A stretch of 64,000 bases of DNA from Obrimoposthia wandeli (GCA_977020255.1 CDROCS010000506.1:1674001-1738000), one strand, 5' to 3'. Counted from the first letter of the stretch, positions 29,519 to 39,674 are shown. Notes: a model not told the origin generated them from the letters alone. Program-made: numbers and translations.

Positions 29519-30145
29519 ATGTCTAAAGTTGTTCTCGCTACTGGTAATCCAGGCAAAGTTCGTGAAATGTCAGCACTGCTTGCTGAATTTGGTCTTGAAG
29601 TACTTCCACAAAGTGATTTCAATATTGTCGAAGCCGATGAGACTGGCACCACCTTTATTGAAAATGCCATTATCAAAGCTAAACACGCGGCAACACTTAC
29701 AGGGTTACCAGCAATTGCTGACGATTCAGGTTTAGCGGTTGATGCCCTACAAGGTGTACCTGGTATTTACTCGGCACGTTATGCCGGTGTTGATGCTAGC
29801 GATCGTGATAATTTATTAAAGTTATTAGATGCACTTAAAGGTGTACCGACAGCACAACGTACAGCGCGATTCCACTGTGTATTGGTCTATATGACTCATG
29901 CAGAAGATCCAACGCCACTCGTTTGTCACGGCACTTGGGATGGCGTGATCACCGAGCAACCAAGTGGTGAAGACGGCTTTGGTTATGATCCTATTTTCTT
30001 TGTTGAATCAGAAGGCTGCACATCAGCAGAACTGACTAAACAACGTAAGAGTGAATTGAGTCATCGTGGCCAAGCACTGACTAAATTGTTAGCGGCAATG
30101 CACGAGCAACAAACTCGATTAGCTACACGATCAACCGCACTATAA
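29519..30145 (+). CDS. rdgB: dITP/XTP pyrophosphatase
   Basis: [32 protein letters not shown]. Confidence 0.97.
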   Translation: MSKVVLATGNPGKVREMSALLAEFGLEVLPQSDFNIVEADETGTTFIENAIIKAKHAATLTGLPAIADDSGLAVDALQGVPGIYSARYAGVDASDRDNLLKLLDALKGVPTAQRTARFHCVLVYMTHAEDPTPLVCHGTWDGVITEQPSGEDGFGYDPIFFVESEGCTSAELTKQRKSELSHRGQALTKLLAAMHEQQTRLATRSTAL

Positions 30146-31323
30146 TGGTTACTCCGCTAATGACAGCAACAGATTCAGTATTACCGATGCGTTTACCGCC
30201 GTTGAGCTTATACGTACATATTCCTTGGTGTGTACAAAAATGCCCGTACTGTGACTTCAACTCACACACTCAAAAGGGCAAGATCCCTGAAGCTGAATAC
30301 ATCGCCGATCTACTTGCCGATCTACGCAGTGAGTTACCACGGGTATTCCAGCGATCGTTACATTCGATCTTTATTGGTGGCGGTACACCAAGTTTAATCA
30401 GCGCCGAAGGGATCGGTAAGATACTTGATGGTGTTGAAGCGATGATCCCGTTTAGTGACAATATCGAGATCACCATGGAAGCCAACCCTGGTACGGTTGA
30501 AGCAGATCGTTTTCACGGTTATGTCGCCGCAGGTGTTAATCGTATTTCCATTGGCGTGCAAAGTTTACAAGCTGAAAAGCTCAATTTACTAGGCCGTATT
30601 CACGATCCTGATGAAGCGATCCGCGCAGCAAATATTGCGACAGAGTCTGCACTCAACTCATTCAATTTAGATTTGATGCATGGCTTGCCACATCAAGATC
30701 TTAGCGATGCGTTATATGACTTAAACAAAGCGGTTGAACTTGCACCTCCACATTTGTCTTGGTATCAATTAACCATTGAACAGAACACCCAATTTCACTC
30801 TAAGCCGCCAACCTTGCCGGATGAAGATATTCTCTGGGATATTTTTGAGCAAGGCCATGCACTGCTCAGTGAAGCCGGTTATGAACAATATGAAATATCG
30901 GGATATGCCAAAGCCGGTAAGCAATGTCAGCATAACTTAAACTATTGGCGTTTTGGTGACTATATCGGTATTGGCTGTGGCGCGCACGGTAAGCTAACTG
31001 AACCAGAGACTGGTCAGATAGTTCGTCGTAGCAAAGTAAAGCACCCACGCGGGTATATGGACGCTGATAAATCATTTTTAGACAATGAACACTTTGTTCC
31101 GCAAGACGAACTGCCCTTTGAGTTCTTCATGAATCGTTTTCGCTTAATCGAAGCGACACCGAAACAAGATTTTTGTGACTTTACCGGTTTACCATTATCC
31201 ACGGTCAGTGCACAAATTAAGGCCGCGATACAGAAAGGTTTATTAACTGAAACCGCAACACATTGGCAAGTAACCCAACTCGGTCATCGTTACCTGAATA
31301 GCTTATTCGATCTGTTTCTTTAG
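30145..31323 (+). CDS. hemW: Radical SAM heme chaperone HemW (YggW)
   Basis: LYVHIPWCVQKCPYCDFNSH, GGGTPS, HNLNYW, YIGIGCGAHG; true start may be slightly downstream. Confidence 0.93.
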   Translation: MVTPLMTATDSVLPMRLPPLSLYVHIPWCVQKCPYCDFNSHTQKGKIPEAEYIADLLADLRSELPRVFQRSLHSIFIGGGTPSLISAEGIGKILDGVEAMIPFSDNIEITMEANPGTVEADRFHGYVAAGVNRISIGVQSLQAEKLNLLGRIHDPDEAIRAANIATESALNSFNLDLMHGLPHQDLSDALYDLNKAVELAPPHLSWYQLTIEQNTQFHSKPPTLPDEDILWDIFEQGHALLSEAGYEQYEISGYAKAGKQCQHNLNYWRFGDYIGIGCGAHGKLTEPETGQIVRRSKVKHPRGYMDADKSFLDNEHFVPQDELPFEFFMNRFRLIEATPKQDFCDFTGLPLSTVSAQIKAAIQKGLLTETATHWQVTQLGHRYLNSLFDLFL

Positions 31324-31381
31324 TTAACGACTCTCGATTAAGAATCGAGACTAAAATTAAAGGAAATAAGAAATAAGAAAT

Positions 31382-31419
31382 AAAAAGGGGCGCAATAATC
31401 AATTATTGCGCCCCTTTTT
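31382..31419. terminator. Bidirectional terminator between hemW and glutaminase
   Basis: AAAAAGGGGCGCAATAAT-CA-ATTATTGCGCCCCTTTTT. Confidence 0.85.
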
Positions 31420-31474
31420 CTATCTGAATTACATAGATAAAATCAATAACAGCCGCTCTCTGCTGCCATTAATG

Positions 31475-32392
31475 TTAAAATATCGAATGGCCAAAACGTT
31501 CACTAAACAGCTCTAACGCTGCCGTACCAACCAGTGAATTACCTGATTCATTCAGTTCTGGTGACCACACGCAAACCGTTAATTCACCTGGAATAACGGC
31601 AACAATACCGCCACCGACACCACTTTTCGCTGGCATGCCAACACGGAAAGCAAAATCACCGGATTCATCATACAAACCACACGTCGCCAATAAGGCATTC
31701 AAGCGCCTTGTACAACGTTCATTCACCAAACTTTTATTACGATGGCAAGGCAAGCCTCTTTTCGCTAAGAATGAGAATGCAGTCGCCAGTTCGACACAAT
31801 TCATGTTGATCGCACAATAGCTAAAATAACTCTGTAATACGGTTTCAACATCGTTATTAAAATTACCGTGAGACTTCATCAGATAAGCAATCGCCGCATT
31901 ACGCGCCATGTGTTCAAATTCAGAATTAGCTACATCATGATCGATATAAATATCGGTAGAGTTCGCCAACTTACGTAACAGTTCCAACATACGTTGCTTA
32001 GGTGCCGATAAACGGCTTTGCAACATATCAGCCACCACTAATGCACCGGCATTAATAAACGGATTACGCGGTTTACCTTTTTCAAATTCTAACTGGATCA
32101 GCGAGTTGAATGCTTGACCAGAGGGTTCTCGTCCCACACGAGTCCACAGTTCATCTTCTGAAAATCGCGTTAATGCGGCCGTTAAGGCAAAGACTTTCGA
32201 GATACTTTGAATCGAAAAACGCTCGGTAGCATCACCCGCAGTGAACACGTCACCATTGGCCATACACACAGCAATACCCAATTGGTTGGGATTTACGTTC
32301 GCTAACGCAGGAATATAATCGGCTACATGACCTTCACCAATTAATGGACGAACAACGTCGAGCAATTCTTCTAGAGATGCGTTAGAAAGCAT
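31475..32392 (-). CDS. glsA: Glutaminase
   Basis: [20 protein letters not shown] (SxxK), [20 protein letters not shown]; start placed at 32392. Confidence 0.95.
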   Translation of the reverse strand: MLSNASLEELLDVVRPLIGEGHVADYIPALANVNPNQLGIAVCMANGDVFTAGDATERFSIQSISKVFALTAALTRFSEDELWTRVGREPSGQAFNSLIQLEFEKGKPRNPFINAGALVVADMLQSRLSAPKQRMLELLRKLANSTDIYIDHDVANSEFEHMARNAAIAYLMKSHGNFNNDVETVLQSYFSYCAINMNCVELATAFSFLAKRGLPCHRNKSLVNERCTRRLNALLATCGLYDESGDFAFRVGMPAKSGVGGGIVAVIPGELTVCVWSPELNESGNSLVGTAALELFSERFGHSIF

Positions 32393-32551
32393 AAATACCT
32401 GTCTTAAATGAGGTGTTCGGTGTGCTATAGAAAGCGGGAACAAAGTGGAAAAAGAGTAAGTTATCAGCGTGTAGTAGTAAGATAACAAATAACCGACTGC
32501 GTCAGTAATGGTACTTAACGAACAGTCGGTTGTAGGGATTAATGAAGTAGC

Positions 32552-32890
32552 TTATGCGCCTTCTTCACCGTACCATAAATCGAATAACGGACTAACAATA
32601 AGGTTTTGAACACCTTTTGCTTCTAACCAAGTTTTAACTTGTTCACGTTGCTCTTCAGTACACTTACCATGAGTTTCAGTACAAATCATACCGTCCCATT
32701 GTAAGTTGCCATCTGCAGCAAACGCCAGTTTATTTGGATCAATAACTTCAGCAATTAAGCCATCTAAGATAGCGTCAATTTGGTCTTCAGTTGTACCTTC
32801 AACAAAATCCCAAGACAGATCAAAACCTAGCTCTTGGAATTCATCTACACGTAGTTTCTTACGTAGACGACGATTACGATTTGTAGCCAT
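32552..32890 (-). CDS. yggL: YggL family protein (DUF469)
   Basis: NRNRRLRKKLRVDEFQELGF, LFDLWY. Confidence 0.93.
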   Translation of the reverse strand: MATNRNRRLRKKLRVDEFQELGFDLSWDFVEGTTEDQIDAILDGLIAEVIDPNKLAFAADGNLQWDGMICTETHGKCTEEQREQVKTWLEAKGVQNLIVSPLFDLWYGEEGA

Positions 32891-32902
32891 TATTACCTCG
32901 AA

Positions 32903-33643
32903 TTATTTAGTACGTTTATAAATAATATCCCAAACGCCGTGACCTAAACGGTGACCACGCTGTTCGAATTTTGTTAATGGACGCCAGTCTGGACGTGGAA
33001 CAAAGTTCCCTTCTGCAGCAGTATTTTCATAACCTGGTGCAACAACCATTACTTCAATCATATGCTCGGCATAGTTTTCCCAGTCCGTAGCCATATGGAA
33101 GATACCACCTAAGGTAAGTTTTTGGCGAATACTTTCTGCAAAACTAGCTTGTACGATACGACGTTTGTGATGACGCGTCTTGTGCCACGGATCAGGGAAG
33201 AACAATTGCATGCCACCTAAACTACCATCAGCAATACAATCAGCTAATACTTCAACAGCATCATGGCAGAATACACGTAAGTTAGTTACACCACGTTCGC
33301 CAGCAGCCATTAGACATGCGCCAACACCTGGTGAATGTACTTCGATACCGATAAAGTTTTTCTCTGGTGAAGCAGCAGCCATTTCAACTAAAGATGCGCC
33401 CATACCAAAACCAATTTCTAATGTTACTGGGTTATCGTTACCAAAAACCTCAGCAAAATCGAGCATGCCCATGTCATGATCTAGACCCATCGTTGGCCAA
33501 AAATCTTTCATAGCGGCTTCCTGGCCTTTGGTTAAACGTCCTTCACGTAAAACAAAACTTCTCACTTTACGGATGCGTTGACCATCTTCTGTTAATTCAG
33601 GATCTGCTATTCTTTTATGCTCAGTTATTTTATGTTCAGTCAT
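32903..33643 (-). CDS. trmB: tRNA (guanine-N7)-methyltransferase
   Basis: [45 protein letters not shown]. Confidence 0.97.
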   Translation of the reverse strand: MTEHKITEHKRIADPELTEDGQRIRKVRSFVLREGRLTKGQEAAMKDFWPTMGLDHDMGMLDFAEVFGNDNPVTLEIGFGMGASLVEMAAASPEKNFIGIEVHSPGVGACLMAAGERGVTNLRVFCHDAVEVLADCIADGSLGGMQLFFPDPWHKTRHHKRRIVQASFAESIRQKLTLGGIFHMATDWENYAEHMIEVMVVAPGYENTAAEGNFVPRPDWRPLTKFEQRGHRLGHGVWDIIYKRTK

Positions 33644-33794
33644 TTTTTATCCAGTCGCCGTTATGACAGGTTAATCGCCATAAACTATATAAATTTATCT
33701 GTTAATTTGGGCATTATCCAAAGATAGCTGAATTTGGCAAGTTTTGTGTGGCATAATTTCCGCCTAATTTCCCCATAATTGCTAAAAATACCCG

Positions 33795-34868
33795 ATGACA
33801 TCGCTATTAGAAAATAATAAAGACACATTTGCCCCGCGGGTACTTGCTTGGTTTAAAGACTTTGGCCGTAAAGATTTACCTTGGCAACGATACCACGAAC
33901 CTTACCCAACATGGTTAAGTGAAGTGATGTTACAACAAACTCAAGTCAGCACCGTGATCCCTTATTTCACCACGTTCATGGAAAAATTCCCTACCGTGAC
34001 TGATTTAGCGAATGCCCACATCGATGAGGTTTTGCATTTATGGACAGGTTTAGGTTATTACGCTCGCGGCCGTAATTTACATAAAGCCGCACAACTTATT
34101 CGAGATGAACATCAAGGCATATTCCCAACCGAATTTGAACAAGTATTAGCCCTGCCCGGGGTTGGTCGTTCAACGGCTGGCGCAGTCTTGTCATTATCAT
34201 TAAATCAACCACACCCGATTTTAGATGGTAACGTCAAACGGGTATTAACTCGTTGGGGTGCGATTGAAGGTTGGTATGGGGTCAAAGCAGTCGAGAATAA
34301 GTTATGGGCGCTATCTGAAGAGCTGACACCATTACAACAAACTGCCAATTATAATCAGGTGATGATGGATCTCGGTGCAACCGTTTGTACCCGCAGTCGA
34401 CCAGATTGTGACATTTGCCCGGTTAATGATGATTGTAAAGCCCGTGCTATGGGCACACCAACTGCATTCCCGACGCCGAAACCGAAAAAAACTATTCCGG
34501 TACGTACAGTACAAATGCTGTTATTAAAGCAAGGTTCAAGCCTATGCTTACAACAACGACCACCGACAGGGATCTGGGGCGGACTTTGGTGTTTCCCTGA
34601 ACGTGATGACAACTTATCACTCGAAGAACAACTGGCACAATTTGGCATCAGCGAGTTTAGCACCCAAGAGTTAGCTGGATTTAGACATACCTTTAGCCAC
34701 TTCCATCTGGATATCAGTCCTTTGTTAGTCGAAATAAAAGCCACAACAAGTACGCAAATAATGGAATCTGAAGGGACTCTTTGGTATAACATAGAGCAAC
34801 CGGCAACTGTGGGATTAGCAGCTGCAACTAAAAAATTATTAACATCTCAAGCATTGAGAGAGGCATAA
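33795..34868 (+). CDS. mutY: A/G-specific adenine glycosylase
   Basis: [24 protein letters not shown], Hh[18 protein letters not shown]6-C-X2-C-X5-C. Confidence 0.97.
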   Translation: MTSLLENNKDTFAPRVLAWFKDFGRKDLPWQRYHEPYPTWLSEVMLQQTQVSTVIPYFTTFMEKFPTVTDLANAHIDEVLHLWTGLGYYARGRNLHKAAQLIRDEHQGIFPTEFEQVLALPGVGRSTAGAVLSLSLNQPHPILDGNVKRVLTRWGAIEGWYGVKAVENKLWALSEELTPLQQTANYNQVMMDLGATVCTRSRPDCDICPVNDDCKARAMGTPTAFPTPKPKKTIPVRTVQMLLLKQGSSLCLQQRPPTGIWGGLWCFPERDDNLSLEEQLAQFGISEFSTQELAGFRHTFSHFHLDISPLLVEIKATTSTQIMESEGTLWYNIEQPATVGLAAATKKLLTSQALREA

Positions 34869-34869
34869 C

Positions 34870-35139
34870 ATGGCTAGAATGGTTTTCTGCACACGCTTAC
34901 AAAAAGAAGCGGAAGGTTTACGTTTTCAACTTTATCCAGGTGAAGTAGGCAAACGTATTTTTGATCATATTTCCCAAGAAGCATGGTCTGAATGGCAGCA
35001 AAAACAAACTATGCTGCTAAACGAAAAAAAATTAAACATGATGGATGAAAATGATCGCATATTTCTTGAACAAGAAATGGTCAAGTACCTGTTCGAAGGT
35101 CAAGACGTAATCATTGAAGGCTTTACCCCAAAAGCTTAA
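34870..35139 (+). CDS. yggX: Fe(II)-trafficking / oxidative damage protection protein
   Basis: [23 protein letters not shown]. Confidence 0.95.
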   Translation: MARMVFCTRLQKEAEGLRFQLYPGEVGKRIFDHISQEAWSEWQQKQTMLLNEKKLNMMDENDRIFLEQEMVKYLFEGQDVIIEGFTPKA

Positions 35140-35204
35140 TTCCGATTGCCTAGCGCGGACTCCTCACGCTAGGCAAATTTCCAACCCAAAGAACCAATCA
35201 CCTT

Positions 35205-36362
35205 ATGGCTATATTCCGCACACTATTAATTGCTGTCAGTTGCAGTGTTTTAGCTGCTTGCTCGATGAGTGACTATCAGCACTCTGTCGAACTCGCCGCG
35301 CTCAATAACAACAGCCAAGCTTTAGAGCGCCTTGCTTACCAGCAACCGAATTACCGCGCGAAAACAGCACAATCAAACGACAAAGATAATACCGCACTTA
35401 ACACCATACAAACTGATTACCGCAGCGAAGTAACCAACCTTTGGGGCGATAGCAATAATGCCTTCTCCAGTAATTACCGTTATATCAAATACACCAATGA
35501 CTACCGCAGCCGTGCCATCATCGATTTTAAACAAGGCAGCGTGCGTGTCGAGACCTTAGAACAACAAAATAGCCAGCAATACCTAAAACAAGCGATTGAA
35601 TATACGCTACTCGCACCACAACAGCCTAAATACACAGATTTCTATAACAGCTACACATCTGAAATTAAAGGCACGCCTTTTCTATATCAACAAGTAAAAG
35701 ACAACGACGGTAAAACCATGAAATGGCATTGGCGCGCGTCTCGCTATGCAAACTACTTAATTAAACATAAGCGTAAACAAGTAATCGTTAATGGTAATCA
35801 GATCACCAGCGTATCTTTTGCACTCACCAGCAATCATACTCAAATCCGTCAGCTACGTTACCAAGCCCAAATTGCCCAAGCAGCATCGCACTATAAAATC
35901 GATAAAAATGTCATCACGGCGATGATCCAAGTGGACAGCTTATTTAATCCCTATGCCCTCAACAGCAATGGCCGTATTGGCTTAATGCAAATTTCTAGCT
36001 CGATAGGCGAAGATGTTTTCCGCCAGCAAAAGCAATATCCCTTTAAACCACAACCAAACTGGCTATTTAATAACACCAACAACCTCGATATTGGCGTCAG
36101 TTATTTAGCTTTATTAGATAAACAGTACCTTAAAGAGATTAAAAACCCGCGTTCTCGCTACTATGCCATGCTGGCAAGCTACATTGCCGGGCCCCAAAAT
36201 ATGCTGCAAACATTCTCAAAGAACAAAAAAGAGGCATTTAGTATCATAAATGACTTATCATCTTACGAGGTGTACCAAAGTTTCACCAATGCCCAGGCCC
36301 GTCGCGATATAAAAAACTATGTGTCCACGGTAAACAGCCATTTTCGTCGACTCAGTAATTAA
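35205..36362 (+). CDS. mltC: MltC-like membrane-bound lytic transglycosylase with atypical active site
   Basis: Lipobox LAAC, DUF3393-like N-domain (YIKYTNDYRSRA.IDF..G.V.VET), SLT domain with GLMQ; mutY-yggX-mltC synteny; catalytic E appears as D. Confidence 0.82.
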   Translation: MAIFRTLLIAVSCSVLAACSMSDYQHSVELAALNNNSQALERLAYQQPNYRAKTAQSNDKDNTALNTIQTDYRSEVTNLWGDSNNAFSSNYRYIKYTNDYRSRAIIDFKQGSVRVETLEQQNSQQYLKQAIEYTLLAPQQPKYTDFYNSYTSEIKGTPFLYQQVKDNDGKTMKWHWRASRYANYLIKHKRKQVIVNGNQITSVSFALTSNHTQIRQLRYQAQIAQAASHYKIDKNVITAMIQVDSLFNPYALNSNGRIGLMQISSSIGEDVFRQQKQYPFKPQPNWLFNNTNNLDIGVSYLALLDKQYLKEIKNPRSRYYAMLASYIAGPQNMLQTFSKNKKEAFSIINDLSSYEVYQSFTNAQARRDIKNYVSTVNSHFRRLSN

Positions 36363-36466
36363 ACATAAACTTAGCCATTAAACGTCAACAAAACACACGT
36401 ATTGCTGTTTAATCAGACAACGCCTAGGCTTAAGGGGTATTTTTTTGATTAAACAGGGTGAAACAG

Positions 36467-36495
36467 TTGACGAGTCGGCCTAAATTCTATTTAAT
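36467..36495 (+). promoter_or_regulatory. sigma70 promoter of the tRNA array
   Basis: TTGACG-17-TTTAAT followed by the GC-rich discriminator GACGCTCC. Confidence 0.7.
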
Positions 36496-36506
36496 GACGC
36501 TCCATT

Positions 36507-36582
36507 GCCCGAATAGCTCAGTTGGTAGAGCAGAGGATTGAAAATCCTCGTGTCCCTGGTTCAATTCCGGGTTCGGGCACCA
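36507..36582 (+). tRNA. tRNA-Phe(GAA)
   Basis: 76-nt cloverleaf GCCCGAA...TTCGGGC-ACCA, anticodon loop TTGAAAA. Confidence 0.98.
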
Positions 36583-36660
36583 AAATTTGGAAAGAATAAA
36601 AAAGTGTAATATTGACTTGTTTTTTAAAATGAAGATGATATTATGCGACACGCATTTAGT

Positions 36661-36709
<49 letters not shown>

Positions 36710-36736
36710 CCAGTTCGACTCCGGCAGTCGGCACCA
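36661..36736 (+). tRNA. tRNA-Thr(TGT)
   Basis: GCCGACT...AGTCGGC-ACCA, anticodon TGT. Confidence 0.98.
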
Positions 36737-36739
36737 TTT

Positions 36740-36815
36740 GCCCGAATAGCTCAGTTGGTAGAGCAGAGGATTGAAAATCCTCGTGTCCCTGGTTCAATTC
36801 CGGGTTCGGGCACCA
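36740..36815 (+). tRNA. tRNA-Phe(GAA)
   Basis: Identical to the first copy. Confidence 0.98.
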
Positions 36816-36872
36816 TATTTAAACGGTAAAGATATTTCGTTAATAGGTATCTTTATTGAAAACGCATTTAGT

Positions 36873-36921
<49 letters not shown>

Positions 36922-36948
36922 CCAGTTCGACTCCGGCAGTCGGCACCA
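36873..36948 (+). tRNA. tRNA-Thr(TGT)
   Basis: Identical copy. Confidence 0.98.
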
Positions 36949-36951
36949 TTT

Positions 36952-37027
36952 GCCCGAATAGCTCAGTTGGTAGAGCAGAGGATTGAAAATCCTCGTGTCC
37001 CTGGTTCAATTCCGGGTTCGGGCACCA
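36952..37027 (+). tRNA. tRNA-Phe(GAA)
   Basis: Identical copy. Confidence 0.98.
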
Positions 37028-37080
37028 TATTAATAAGTAAAGATATTTTGATTGTAGATATTTTTATTAGCGCATTTAGT

Positions 37081-37129
<49 letters not shown>

Positions 37130-37156
37130 CCAGTTCGACTCCGGCAGTCGGCACCA
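37081..37156 (+). tRNA. tRNA-Thr(TGT)
   Basis: Identical copy. Confidence 0.98.
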
Positions 37157-37159
37157 TTT

Positions 37160-37235
37160 GCCCGAATAGCTCAGTTGGTAGAGCAGAGGATTGAAAATCC
37201 TCGTGTCCCTGGTTCAATTCCGGGTTCGGGCACCA
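37160..37235 (+). tRNA. tRNA-Phe(GAA)
   Basis: Identical copy. Confidence 0.98.
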
Positions 37236-37241
37236 TACAAT

Positions 37242-37317
37242 TCCCCTTTAGTTCAGTTGGTAGAACGGTGGACTGTTAATCCATATGTCGCTAGTTCGAG
37301 TCTAGCAAGGGGAGCCA
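37242..37317 (+). tRNA. tRNA-Asn(GTT)
   Basis: TCCCCTT...AAGGGGA-GCCA, anticodon GTT. Confidence 0.98.
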
Positions 37318-37326
37318 ATTAAGAAG

Positions 37327-37357
37327 ACCCAGTTATTTATTTAACTGGGTTTTTTTT
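37327..37357 (+). terminator. Terminator of the tRNA array
   Basis: ACCCAGTTA...TAACTGGGT-T7; a second hairpin AAACCGAAC...GTTCGGTTT at about 37382-37404 serves the opposing gene. Confidence 0.85.
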
Positions 37358-37433
37358 CGTCCAAAATTTATAGACATAAAAAAACCGAACACTAGGTTCG
37401 GTTTAATAAAAGTAAAAGCATTCGTTAGCAGAA

Positions 37434-38078
37434 TTAGTTCGCTGTAATGCTAATTTCTACACGACGGTTAGCTGAACGACCAGTGCTAGTCTCATTTGAC
37501 GCAATTGGACGACGTTCGCCATAGCCACGTGTTGATAAACGGCCTGATTTAACGCCACGTTTATTCAAGTAATCGCTCACCGATTCAGCTCTTTCTTCAG
37601 AAAGCGTTAAGTTTGATTCTGAACTGCCTACGCTGTCCGTGTGACCAATAATACGTAATGATGAGTCAGGGTATTCATTCAGCACTTTAGCCACGCTGTT
37701 CAAGCTTGAGTAGATATCAGAGCTCAAGTTATAACCTGCAGTTTGGAAGCCAATACCTTTCGCCATTACCAGCTGTAGTTCATTTTCGCCAACACGCTTA
37801 ACTTGTACACCTGAATCAGTTAATTCTTTACGTAAAGCTTCTTCTTGTTGATCGAAATAGTAACCAATACCACCACCAATTGCAGCGCCGCCAACAGCAC
37901 CAAATAATGCACCATTTTTCTTGCCTGTAGCAGCACCAGCTAATGCACCAGCGATTGCGCCGCCAATTGCAGATTTAGTTGCGGTATTCGTTTCACTTTC
38001 ACCCGTTGTTGCGTTTTGGCGAGCACAACCAGTAAGTGCAGCAACAATTATTACTGCTGTCATTGTTTTTTTCATCAT
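37434..38078 (-). CDS. OmpA-family lipoprotein (YiaD-like)
   Basis: Lipobox LTGC, glycine zipper, IIGHTDS.GS..NL.LSEERA.SV, GYGERRPIASN....GRSANRRVEI. Confidence 0.92.
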   Translation of the reverse strand: MMKKTMTAVIIVAALTGCARQNATTGESETNTATKSAIGGAIAGALAGAATGKKNGALFGAVGGAAIGGGIGYYFDQQEEALRKELTDSGVQVKRVGENELQLVMAKGIGFQTAGYNLSSDIYSSLNSVAKVLNEYPDSSLRIIGHTDSVGSSESNLTLSEERAESVSDYLNKRGVKSGRLSTRGYGERRPIASNETSTGRSANRRVEISITAN

Positions 38079-38154
38079 TGGATAAACCTTAAATATAGAA
38101 ACGATATTGGGAATGAGTGATCGCGAACACTGTAACTTAAATAAACTACAATCG

Positions 38155-38222
38155 CATCGGTATATTTACTAGTAAATTAGCCGATGACCCATAAAATAGT
38201 GATATCCCTCTCACTATTTTAT
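38155..38222. other. Two adjacent inverted repeats in the ompA/relV divergent region
   Basis: CATCGG...ATTTACTAGTAAAT...CCGATG (38155-38186) and ATAAAATAGTGA-N8-TCACTATTTTAT (38191-38222). Confidence 0.6.
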
Positions 38223-38344
38223 CAGTCTAGCTACTTCTTACACAGCTTTACAATGCCCTACCTTGAATTGTGACTGTGCGCACTCATCTATTAGTAAGTA
38301 TCAGCATACAATGATGCGAATGCGTTTTCTCAAAAAGGATACCT

Positions 38345-39136
38345 ATGTATAGCTTTCTAAGAACATCACTAATTTTAGTACTAATGCTAGCCGGCAAAGC
38401 GCCGCTTGAAGCAGCTACAATGCTTAGCCTTAGTCAAGTATCAAATAATGGCAATGCGACGAACAGAGTACGAACACAGCTAAGTAAAGACTTAGCGGGA
38501 CTTTATCAACTCCCAGATATTAACAACACCAACATCATTCAACCTTACACCGACTTTGACGCTCTTTATGCCTTAGCAGGATCAGCGCAAGATGAGCTTG
38601 CGACACTGACTAAACAAATTGCCTTAATGTCACAAACCAGCGCCGTGATTCCGGCGATTAAAAGTGCAGAACGTGCACAAGCTAAAATTGCGAATAAATA
38701 TGACGGTGCAGTAGAAAAAATTACCGATTTAGCCCGCAGTTCAATTATTGCTAAAAATAGCCAAGAATTAATTACTGCTTATGAATTGCTTGAACAAGAA
38801 ACCGATATCATCCAAGTAAAGAATCGCTTTAACAGCCCGAAACAAAATGGTTACCGCGATATCAATTTATTAGTGCGCTTACCAAAAACTCAAATGGTGG
38901 TAGAAGTGCAATTACATTTAGATCGTATTGAAGCGATTAAGAATGGTCCAGAGCATGATAATTATGCCAAGATCCAACAAATCAACCACAATGCCAAACA
39001 GCAACAACGTGAAGTTTCAGAAATTGAAGCCTTTAAAGTTACGCAGTTAAAAGAAGAATCAACCAGTCTGTACCAAGTAGCTTGGCAACAACAGTTAATG
39101 ACTGAACTAAAAACCAGTTTTAAACAAATGGCATAA
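38345..39136 (+). CDS. relV: Small alarmone ((p)ppGpp) synthetase, RelV type
   Basis: 263 aa; IKSAERAQAKI, ITDLAR, VKNRF, NGYRDINL, VEVQLH synthetase motifs; no hydrolase domain; overall layout recalls Vibrio RelV. Confidence 0.85.
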   Translation: MYSFLRTSLILVLMLAGKAPLEAATMLSLSQVSNNGNATNRVRTQLSKDLAGLYQLPDINNTNIIQPYTDFDALYALAGSAQDELATLTKQIALMSQTSAVIPAIKSAERAQAKIANKYDGAVEKITDLARSSIIAKNSQELITAYELLEQETDIIQVKNRFNSPKQNGYRDINLLVRLPKTQMVVEVQLHLDRIEAIKNGPEHDNYAKIQQINHNAKQQQREVSEIEAFKVTQLKEESTSLYQVAWQQQLMTELKTSFKQMA

Positions 39137-39158
39137 GCCTTTATTTAACCATAATAAC

Positions 39159-39189
39159 AGGCCCAATCATTGCAGTAATGATTGGGCCT
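39159..39189. terminator. Hairpin between convergent relV and hypothetical gene
   Basis: AGGCCCAATCATT-GCAGT-AATGATTGGGCCT, 13-bp perfect stem. Confidence 0.7.
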
Positions 39190-39227
39190 ATTCTCTTCTA
39201 CATCTCTAAACTTTAAAACGCCAAGAA

Positions 39228-39566
39228 TTAAGCGTAACCCCATTTCCAGTTAAAACGGATTTGGTCTTGCAACCCAAAACGCGCCATCAACCAAGGCACC
39301 ATAGGTAATACTTTATAGTGTGCAGCTTTCTTCAATACACTCTTACCTGTTCGAAAGAAAGTAACTTCTTCATCACTATTTAAGAGTCGCACAACAATCC
39401 GTTTTTGCTTACCCTCTTCAGGTATTACAACTTGCGCTAGGTTATATTCATGTGTCATCCCAGACCCGTTATAAACCAAAATAATTTGCTCTTCAGTTAA
39501 CTTATTACGCTCTAAATAACTCTTTAACTCACTGCCCTGAAAACCAAATAAGGGATCTCTATTCAT
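39228..39566 (-). CDS. Hypothetical protein (~112 aa)
   Basis: Only long ORF in the gap, flanked by terminators, with RBS-like GGAAAG before ATG 39566; no family recognised. Confidence 0.6.
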   Translation of the reverse strand: MNRDPLFGFQGSELKSYLERNKLTEEQIILVYNGSGMTHEYNLAQVVIPEEGKQKRIVVRLLNSDEEVTFFRTGKSVLKKAAHYKVLPMVPWLMARFGLQDQIRFNWKWGYA

Positions 39567-39619
39567 GCTTCTTTCCATCTATCATCAAATACAATTAAAC
39601 GTTTATTTATTTTCTTGCC

Positions 39620-39656
39620 AAAAAAAATGAGGCCTCCAATGGAGACCTCATTTTTT
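39620..39656 (-). terminator. Terminator after rpoH
   Basis: A8-TGAGG-CCTCCAATGGAGA-CCTCA-T6. Confidence 0.75.
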
Positions 39657-39674
39657 AACAATTCTGTGTATTGG

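Noticed and set aside
31365-31386. AAATAAG heptamer repeated about three times
   Set aside because: Low-complexity slippage next to a terminator; no functional indication
37318-37433. Possible genomic island attachment at tRNA-Phe/Asn
   Set aside because: Two terminators follow directly; no integrase and no duplicated tRNA 3' end elsewhere in the window
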